Origin: Perkinsus chesapeaki ATCC PRA-425
Taxonomy: Eukaryota > Protista > Perkinsozoa
Assembly (NCBI GenBank): GCA_013115145.1
Contig: JAAPAO010000111.1
Location: 10,341-74,340, forward strand
Reading direction: 5' to 3'
Length of the DNA stretch: 64,000 nucleotides
Shown here piece by piece: positions 12,201 to 21,249 of this stretch. How positions within the stretch are numbered: position 1 is the first letter of the stretch; every line of letters starts with the position of its first letter. The notes beneath the pieces are model-generated. The model saw only the letters and a program-made list of their open reading frames with translations, was not told the origin of the DNA and did not search any database. A program made the translations under genes and the position numbers.

Positions 12201-15142
12201 AGGTATAGTCACTTGTATTCCCAAGGGACAAGTACGGTATAGAATCTGAGACAGCATCGCCTACCCGATCTGTGAGGTTCATTCCAACCCACCGTCTCCC
12301 CGTGGGCAGGTCCTTGTGCATTTCCTCAAAACCTTCTCAGTTTCAAGGCTCATTTCCTTCAACATATCATTAAACTGAGCGGTATGTCGAAGCGTTCGAG
12401 GCCCGGAGCTCTACGACTCCAGGCCGCTGCCCACCTTATCCTCGTTTGTAGAAGAACTGCGACATCTAATCATATCCCTGAGGACCTGGGATGAGATTAT
12501 ATTGTCCTGAATAGACTACAGACGATTCAGGCCAGACAGAAATGAAGCACTCCAGCTATCGTGAATATTTCTCGCATTTGTCTCTAATACGTTAGCAGTC
12601 CAGTAGAAGGGCATTTCAATCGCCTGGAGAAACTCCTCTCGTGTGGTCAATTCGGTAAAACATTTCACGCCAGTGATTCTCTATTTCTTCTCACATCTGG
12701 AAGATGAATCGTCCTCAGCACTTTCTCCTCTTCTTCGACAAAGTGGCTTGCGCAGCCTATAATAGCCATTAATTGCCCTGCCTCATTGCAGTTGAACCTT
12801 TGATGAGGTTAGGGATTGAGGTTGGACAACCAGCTGCTACAAATCCCGCAAGATATAGCAGAATGGGTTCAATCGGAATACCACAAATGCAGGGGTCGCT
12901 CTCACCTATGACGATCGGTCCAAAGCACAAGGCAACCATCTGGACCAAACTTCCCCTCAACACCGTATATGGAACATACGCTGTCCAGAGGGGACACACC
13001 ACTCAAATCTCCTTTTGCGTCCTCCGCTCCTTGGCTCATTGAACCTATCCGAGCCGAGTAGAGGACGGACGGCCGGGAATACGTGGCGGGCCGCACTGAA
13101 ATTTGGCATTTTAGCGCATGGCGTCTGAGGACTGTGACTCCCAATACGAGCTATATTGAAGCCGAATAGGGAGGAGTGTTCGGCTCCCTTACGCGTGACT
13201 TCACGTATATCATATAACGTGAGCCGAGCAGTGAAGCCATTGCCACCGTTTTCCGGGAACTGGGTTAGATAACCGAAGGCATCGTCGTGGACGAAGTCGA
13301 GCTGCAGAGTACCGAGAACGTGATATAGTTGCTGGTACAGTTGATCTGCAAATAGGTAATAATATCCAAGTCGACGCAGACGAGCTATTTAGGCCAGTGG
13401 TATTCGGCACCCTGGACTGGTTACAGCTCTCAAGACTCTGATAGCGCGGATACAGGAGCGCCACCTCATCTTTCAGTTGCTAATATCTTACCAAGTAGCT
13501 GTGGATCGCAAGTGTCAGCAAGAACTGTCAACTTAAGATGTTCTTCTGTCGCAACCGTAGCTGTTATAGTTGTTCCAGGTAGCCTCCATCTTTGACCGTC
13601 ATTCGATTCGAAGCCGGCGGAGCGGAGCTTCGTAGCAATCTTCTTCCGTGTCGCCAGGGAGGCATCAACGCCCAACGCCCCTCGGTCCACCGAGCGACAC
13701 ACAGACATTTGGAGCTTGCCTAAGTACTGCCGAGGTACCACCGCGGCGATGGTAGCCAACTCATGCTGGATTGACCGAGACGCAGCAAGTACTGTTAACG
13801 GCTCATGATTGTACCTGAATTATTTCAGAGGATGCTATTTACTGCTAGAAAAGGATGCTTGGTTCCTCACAGCTCCTCCATACACTCCTTCAGAACATCT
13901 CCAAATTTATCGTAGCATTCAGTATCTCTAGCGATAAAGCCCAGTGCCTGTAATGCTGAGCATGATCGGCGGCCAAACCAGTCGTGACGCTGAGCAGACG
14001 TGTTTCGACCACATCGGTTTAGTCGGACTTAGCGATTTGTCTGGCCAACGATCTAGATTGCTAGGAAGTTACGATCCACTAGAGGAAGATAGACGATGAG
14101 TGACGTACATCCATGAGTCTCTCACCGAGCTCGATATCTTCATGACATAGATCCTATCGGCCTCCTCGAATGAATACTTCGGGACTACGGGAACTGTGAT
14201 GCAGTCGTCAACCGTAACTGTAGAGCGAGTGCCCATGGCAGCACAGACTTCCGCTGATGCCGTACATCGTAGCCCAGTTTGGATCCGACTGAGTTGTTGA
14301 TATCGTACAGAATCAAGGTCAAGAACTCTACTTATGATATTATCTCGAGAAGGGTCTAGCCAGCGTTTAGACTGAGGGCAACTGTCAAGTGCCCCAGGTG
14401 AGCATCGCTCCGAGCACCTAGGTCCCTACGCTTGGAGAGATTCGGCATGTGGCGCTACCAACGATGATGGCGAGACACATTGGGCATGCCCTGCCTTGAA
14501 GCACTGAGGTTACTGTAGGTTCAATATGACAGTAGTATACAGTTTCACGCGTCGACACTACGACCCAGCTATATAGCCTACCTTGCTAGTGGCTTCTTCG
14601 AGCGGCTCTACACTATTTGCCTGCCTCCCTGAAATCAGGATCACACTGCGAGAGTGTTCGCTGAGTCATCTGTCTCTCGAATATGCATACCATGAAGGAG
14701 CGCAAGATCGATTAGACACCGGCACATTGCCTTACCGTCTATAGTGTTTTTCCTTTTTAGCTTGTCCGTTATGCCTAATACAACCTATTTGATAATGGTG
14801 AGTAGCTGTACAGTATACCTTTTATCTTTATACCACCGGCAACCAAGTCTTTCTCTGACGTTCTTCGTGCTAGGTAATGTATAAGAGCCACGTTAACATT
14901 CTCAGGGCGCGTGACAAGTGCATGGTTGAGCAAATCACCGAGGAGGTTATCTAGCCCGTGCTCGTGGATGAACCTGATCCACGCTTCAGTGTCCACACGA
15001 AGACTATGCGGCCCTACTTCGTGCAGTCCTCTTGAGCTGGAGTACATGCAGGACGCTCACTGTGGGACGCAGTGCGCCCATTATTATCGGCAGACCCGAA
15101 CTGGCCTGTCTTTGGGCCCTCCAAGTTACCCGGTGGCACCAT
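9298..15142 (-). CDS. Multi-exon protein: RIIa/Dpy-30-like N-terminal module plus at least 3 tandem divergent ATP:guanido phosphotransferase (arginine/creatine kinase-like) domains
   Basis: In-frame splicing checked at introns 13346-13491, 9903-10028, 9707-9749, 9569-9618 and 9432-9470; stop TAG at 9298-9300. Domain 1: ECYDKFGDVLKECMEEL, QMSVCRSVDRG, TVATEEHLKL, DFVHDDAFGYLTQFPENGGNG. Middle domain: ANSRHNNHLITL, ATQFSCRLRLPPL. Last domain: SVCVRRNFPSRPFNSTCS, VFILLNGFYDHLAL, FHLTSWWGHNGTGVELSG, DALQRLNGLLEVE. The start codon (15142) is tentative. Confidence 0.75.
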
Positions 15143-15734
15143 GTTTTGGGGTCCGCCAACTCAAAAGTCTTTTGATGACTCTGCTATCCTCCTTGGACCC
15201 TCGAATATCAATTTACCCATTGAACAACGCAGAACAATGGGGATATATATAGTACACTTCTACTTATGGAATTGGGTATTCCGATATGCACATTGCTGAG
15301 ATTCATATGCAGGAGAGCGTCGTATCGAGCGTCAAATCCGCGCGATTTCTCGGGTTGCGATGTTATTGAATCTCACAGGTCAGGCAAAAAGATGGAGGAC
15401 CCTTCACCTTAGCGACAAGACGCAAGGCAACCGATGAACTAAGCTGTCCAAGTCGCCGACATATACTTGGGAAATGTTGTTCGTGGACAATCAAAGGCTG
15501 ATGACAGCATGGTCCCGATTCATCAATCTGCGCAAGCCTGGCATTGCCTCTAGCCTTACAAGCCTTCTTATGTGGAGGAAAATGCGTCGAAGACGTTCAA
15601 AGGGTGGCGTGTTTTAGGCGAAATGCAGTATGTTAAACTTACAGCAAACAAACTACACTAGTTTACGACTTCAACTCGACCCGTAAACGCTCGTAGCTAT
15701 ACAACAAACACATCAAGGGGGCCAGCACGAATCA

Positions 15735-16181
15735 CTAACATACTTTCTCAGCCTTCGTCGATGGTAGAACTCTTCCACCTTCGAGCTTCAGCAACAAGGT
15801 GTTCGATGTTCTATTATACGATACAGAACTCATGTCGTCGGGAGAGATTCGGACGGCTTCTCGGCACCCTTTCTTAGCAGCTCGCCGAAAGTTCATGTAC
15901 TTCTGCATATTATCTTTGTCAGGGTTCACTAAAAATGAGTCGGGCGAGCTTGGGATAAGGGTAATGGCCAAGGATTCGTAGGATTTATCACCGCACTGTA
16001 TATAATATTTGATGCGAGGCAGCTGAGTGAAGGCTCTGAACCAATAAACGGAAATGCACAAATCATTAGGTTTAGTCATCATGTAGAGAGAGTAGTAACC
16101 ATCCGGGGTTTCACGGATCCTCAGACATTGACGAAGGCCTACTAGCAATGCCAGGCAACTCAGAAGATTTCCAACGGTCAT
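15735..16181 (-). CDS. Intronless secreted protein (148 aa), Perkinsus-type family, paralog B
   Basis: Signal-peptide-like MTVGNLLSCLALLVGLRQC; colinear with 6726-7157 by eye alignment, with shared Cys and motifs. Confidence 0.85.
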   Translation of the reverse strand: MTVGNLLSCLALLVGLRQCLRIRETPDGYYSLYMMTKPNDLCISVYWFRAFTQLPRIKYYIQCGDKSYESLAITLIPSSPDSFLVNPDKDNMQKYMNFRRAAKKGCREAVRISPDDMSSVSYNRTSNTLLLKLEGGRVLPSTKAEKVC

Positions 16182-17416
16182 TTATATAGGGTTCTATATA
16201 TATATGAACGGGCTGAATGAAATTATTGTACACCTTCCAAAGATGACCGGTTACCAAAGTGATGATTATCTGATGTCTCGCTAGATCAACTGCGCGAAAA
16301 GACCTATTTCCCAGACGAGCGAAGTATTCGAAGGATATCGCGCACGCGCACTCGAGTGAAGCATGTACGGTCGTAGAGAAAAGAATCCACCAACTCTATC
16401 AATGCTCTTAAGATGATAAGACTTATATTACAAGGAATCGGCGACAACCTGGCTGGGAGAAGCAGGATCTTTAGACTATGCTCGTCAGTGACTTCTTACG
16501 CCATTCGTTACTTCCCTTGAGATATCTCTAGAATAGAATTCGCAGTTGCCTGTCTCCTTCCGGTTGGCTACTTCAAATATCACATCTCTGCTATGGTGGC
16601 TTTTGTAAGCAAGGATGTTAGAGACGCTATCGTTGCTGGTGTAAATGCCGCGCTAGCGTACGCATTCTCAGCAAGCAATGATGCAAGCAAGCAAATGGTT
16701 AATAGAATATTGACTAGCATATGGGCTCTGCGGCAGCCATTATGTGGACCACCGGATATCATCATGCGTCATACATTGTTTAGGAAGCCGCTGTCCACAC
16801 TGTGGCCTGAAGCCAACCATCAGATAGTTTGTAAACCAATGAACCGTTATATTTACGGAACCAGGAGGGTATCCTCTGGCGTGAGGGGTTCTCAGGAAGT
16901 AGAATCCTCTCGGGGTACCGTGGAGCTGGAACGGCAATCAGTGAGACGCGTACGGGTAACTCCAACGAGGATTGCGACCAAACCAAAGGTCACCAAATGA
17001 AAGAGAAAGGGTCGCAATGAACACACAGTGGTTACGCGGTATGCTACATATGGGAAATGGCTTTGCCGCTTGCAACACTCGATAGCTCCTAAGTGATATT
17101 GATCCCACCGTGGGGTGGCATGAAGGCGGATGATAACTACCCGAGAAGGGATATTTCCAGGACGAGCTAGATTGCTCATGATGGCACGCGAATCGTCTTA
17201 GGTCAGAGCGAGCATCTCCGGACATGTCAACTCCGGCAAACGTTGTGTATGTAACGGAGTCAATCGTAATGGACATGAATATCTCGTACGCAGACCTGTG
17301 ACATGTACGTCACGACGTGCTCCGATATGTAAGTTCTACACAATCTAAACCTGACACTGTTGATGACAACGCAAAAGACTCCAACACACGGAAACAAACA
17401 AATCGACATGAGAGGT

Positions 17417-18342
17417 TTATTCCTTCTTAGGGGGAGGATGAACTGCTTCAGGAAATGGCGGCCTGTAGTAAATCTTGAGGCCGGCTTCTGGTGGGGACCA
17501 GTTCCAGCAGCCAGATGACTTGCCACGCGCGGCAATATTAGACCTACGCTGCACAATGAGCATTACATAGCATGAGAATTCTACCTGATTTGTGTGCCGT
17601 TCCAGAATTCGTCGCCACGTATTTTACCTTCGAATGGCATTGTCCTGAAAGCGACCAACAACTCTACAGATGCTTCCAATGGGAGCAATTCCCGTTTACG
17701 CGTGAATCAGAACCTTTGTCGTAAGAGCCGGGCGCTTTTATACGGTCTCACCTAATGTATGCCGGTGCTCGCGGAACAAACGATAGCCCACTTGGGCCAG
17801 GGCATGGCCCCTTATCTCTGGCCCGCCAGAAGGTGCAATTAAGGCCGAAGAACGGCACGGTCGCTGCAGTTTCTATAAGCGTTCGTTCCCTGGGGAAAGG
17901 AACACAAGTCGAGTCGATCCCAGGCCAATGCAGCAGACTCACTCGTGTGGACGATCAGCGAATTCGGAGAAAAACTGGACGTCACAGTTGTGGTAAAGAG
18001 GCCACCGCTTTCGGTAGACCTCTTGGTACGCTCTCTTCGTACTTGGAAGCTTTGTCCTGATAAAGGAAGGCAATCAACCACAAAAGCTCGCCACAACGGT
18101 GAGTGGGCCTGGGATGCCCCCGGTCAGGAGGAGCTTACGGAATTTGTGAAATGTTATGTGATCGATTAGGCTGCCCGATCCTCGAATAAAGAACCGGCTT
18201 CTTATCTTCACCTCGCACAACCCATCGACGACCGTATCTGACAACAATAGAAGGATTACTCCTGGTCACGGCGGAAGCCTCCTTACCGCATATCGGTCTC
18301 CATAGGCTTTATCATCCCGCGGACGGCCTTACCATCACCCAT
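17417..18342 (-). CDS. Five-exon basic protein of unknown function, about 197 aa
   Basis: Four GT-AG introns join in frame: MGDGKAVRGMIKPMETDMR|YGRRWVVRGEDKKPVLYSRIGQPNRSHNISQIP|TKLPSTKRAYQEVYRKRWPLYHNCDVQFFSEFADRPHE|ERTLIETAATVPFFGLNCTFWRARDKG...YIR|TMPFEGKIRGDEFWNGTQIR|SNIAARGKSSGCWNWSPPEAGLKIYYRPPFPEAVHPPPKKE*. Confidence 0.8.
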
Positions 18343-18477
18343 CACATGCCGTCTACTTAAAGCCATTTAAAAAGCTATTTGCCCAGCCCTGACAGGACAG
18401 GCAAGTTACAAACAACTCGACAAGAAGCGAGGATAGGAAATACACACAACATCTTCATTTTACAAATAGTCAGTGAG

Positions 18478-20473
18478 TCAATCATTTGGGGACATCTCCG
18501 TCGTCATGGTACCGGCCAACTCTATTTTTGGTTCGGACCCCTCGGCGGCTTCTAGCTTCGTCTCTCTACTGCCCAAGACAGCGTTCATAATGGCCTAGCA
18601 CCATAACTCTACCTCACCGCCGTAATTCCTACCTGTCTGGCCGACAGCGCCATTGCCGCCTCAGCAACAGCTTCTTCTACTTCCTCAGGCCGCTTAGTCT
18701 CCTTAATGCTCCATAGCTGCAAAAGGTGCGGCCCACCTCTGGAAGGAACCAAATGCCACTAGAGCTCCCCAAAGTGACTTACCGTCTTCCCAGACTTAGC
18801 AAAGACCCCTCGAACTCCGCCCACGCCCCCGCGGGGACCTGGGCCACTTGCTCCTCTTGAGGACTTCCATCGAATAGTAATATAAGATCGACAACGTCTG
18901 GACGGTATGCCTGTTGCGGTGGAAACATCCTGAGTAGAGTCGGGCCGTGCGAAAATCTGTCAGCACTTTTCCGCCTACTTGATCATGGCAAAGCTCTTAC
19001 TCTTGAAGAGCCAAAGGTCGATGCCTTCTCTGATCCTCACCACTCTCCCTGTCCATTTAACAGTATTATGCATGTATTTCTCGTTGAACGATTTTATACT
19101 GTGTAATGGGTTGCCAAGATACGCTCTAAACATAAGACGAATTGGAGATGGGACGACGCTAAAGCACATGTCCAGGCCGTACCATTTCTACACCTTTCCG
19201 AACTCTACTACGCGGATGAGGAAAATTCCGAAGATGCGCCAATAGGGTCGACAAGTCCGCCTGGTGACTCTAGAAATGAGTTTTACGGATACATGCACCG
19301 TTTTGATGGAGGGCCCAGTCCTTCTACGGTGATATGAGAATCACATCTTAAAAGATAAGCCAGTGCCATTCAAGTGGGAATCTTGTGTAGGCTGACAAAC
19401 CATGGTTGTGGAGTTACTTATCCCCACAATCCTCCAAAAACTCTCTCCACGTGACGTCTATGTCCGGGCCTCGAGGTATAGCAGCCGGTTGCATAAAACC
19501 ATACGATCTGGCTGTGTAAAACAGGCCTATCACACCGACAAGCGCTAGAAGGATCACCACGTACCTGCCAAGCAAAGAGGAGCGCTGTCTCGACGGGGGA
19601 GATGCTACTTTCTGGCGAGCACCACTGCACAGTGACCTATCCGAAAGGTGAGAACATCGTTCTTGAAATTGGTCGGGAGAGATATCTTCGAACGAGAGCC
19701 GACCTTATTGAGACAGTTGGGGCAGCGATGTACCGTATCCTTCAGCAGTGGCCAAATGACTGACATACAGGCAGCTGCTGCGACCTGAAGCCATGTAGCT
19801 GCTCACCCGGTATCACACACACTGAAAGCCATTGGAGGACTAATGCCAGGACCATTGCCAAGAGGTAAGATACAACTGACGCCTCATGAGTGATGAACGT
19901 GGTGATGTCGGCTTTACAGAAGGGACATCGACAGTTCACCGGTCTAAATAGACATGCCCATCAAACCAACACCAGTAGGGGATATGCGTCGACCTTCGTC
20001 ATCCATACACAATCACAGTGCGGCTCAATAAAGGTATCCCTGCTACTTTCCAACTTTAACATCGATACACATTTTCTTCCCTCGTCGACCGATGAGCCCA
20101 TAGATCCCCACACTAGCCCTCCTCAGCTGCTATGCTCTACAATTCCCTTGTCGAATGAAGACCTCTGTGGCCACTGTGGTGGTGGTGGAGCGCAAACGCT
20201 GGAATTTTAGTGGAATCTCTCAAGATCCTATCTTCATACTAGAACACACCGGGGACTATATAAACCAGCAATGCCAGATATTAATGACTATTACGTCATG
20301 TCAAAGACTGGTTGGTCGTCCCTATGGGAATCGTTTTCATCATCTAGACGTGACTCTGATAAGTGGTGGTGGTCCCTCATCTCTTTAGGAGCCTGTCCCT
20401 CCTCAGTCAGTGTAGGGACATTGCGATATGCATGCCCATCCTTTCGCCGGTGGCCGAATGCAGCAGGTGTCAT
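18478..20473 (-). CDS. LITAF-like zinc-ribbon membrane protein with extended C-terminal domain
   Basis: Spliced: MTPAAFGHRRKDG...T|PVNCRCPFCKADITTFITHEASVVSYLLAMVLALVLQWLSVCVIP...DTVHRCPNCLNKV (LITAF CxxC...HxCxxC with a hydrophobic spacer). Then the TM segment YVVILLALVGVIGLFY and a domain NPLHSIKSFNEKYMHNTVKWTGRVVRIREGIDLWLFKSKS. Stop TGA at 18478. Confidence 0.85.
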
Positions 20474-20720
20474 TCTGCCGTAAAAACTGATACAGTTGGT
20501 AAATACTGGTACTGTATGAGGGACATTCAGTCTCTTGGAACAGTAAACCAAGAATCTTCCCAGCGCGGGAATGCAAATGTGCTGTGTCTGAGACCGTTTC
20601 AGATATCCCTGTTTATCCCCGTCCTCCTTCCACTATACACAACAGCGAGCCAATAGATACTCATTCGATGTACAGCAACGGCGGCAGTATAAGCAGCAGC
20701 AGGTCCTACTGAATGACCCA

Positions 20721-21100
20721 TCAACAACAGAATTGTGTGTTCCCCTCAGCCAGGGCATCGTAATCGCGCCGATCCTCCGCTGGCAGCATGCGCCAAACCT
20801 CGCCTACATTACGCCCGAAGTGATCCTCCTCGTCATCACCGTTCAAAAGGCATCTAGCGCACTTGCATGCCAAGCGGGATCGGAACTCCTCCGCTAGAAG
20901 TCCCTCGCCACCTGGAATGCACGGCGAGGCACCTGATACCAATGGTAAAATATTCCACTGTTACTCTACTTACATCCCTCCGAGGGTCCACGGGAACTGC
21001 TGCTGCTGCTGCCATGACCGTAGTTGGGGCGCACAAAGGTGAAGTGCTTGACGCTGTGGCCCGCTGCTGCCAATCTTAGCTTCACCAGAGCGACAGTGAC
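20721..21100 (-). CDS. Small protein with an HMG-box-like C-terminal helix pair; start not located
   Basis: An in-frame intron joins ...GHSVKHFTFVRPNYGHGSSSSSSRGPSEG to C|ASPCIP...FGRNVGEVWRMLPAEDRRDYDALAE, which resembles HMG-box helices 2-3 (K-x-LGE-x-W-x-x-L-x-x-E-E-K-x-x-Y-x-x-LAE). Confidence 0.5.
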
Positions 21101-21249
21101 GTCGATCGAGTCGGGACCGGAGTATTGGACACTCATTTCCTAAGTTGAACAGAGAAGGGGAAGCGACGGTGAAGATGAATACTATGAATCAGCCTGATAA
21201 ACTGAATACTAAAACGATATGGTGAATCGTGAAATATATTCGAATGAAG

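Noticed and set aside
9000-13800. Degenerate Ty1/copia or LINE retrotransposon (apparent 'SLDVDD' RT motif, 'CLRL..PGKRW..C' knuckle, integrase-like 'GKEFG')
   Set aside because: The look-alike motifs fall in introns or off-frame readings. Canonical GT-AG splicing gives a continuous phosphagen-kinase-like frame, and no LTRs or target-site duplications were found.
14775-15047. Enolase (ENO3/ENO4-like) N-terminus
   Set aside because: Only the shared RIIa-like helix pair matches; downstream exons show no enolase motifs and lead into kinase-like domains.
20155-20388. Plus-strand ORF with an RT/RNase H-like look (TSCQRLVGRPYG)
   Set aside because: It overlaps the first exon and intron of the LITAF gene in antisense, with no supporting neighbouring motifs.
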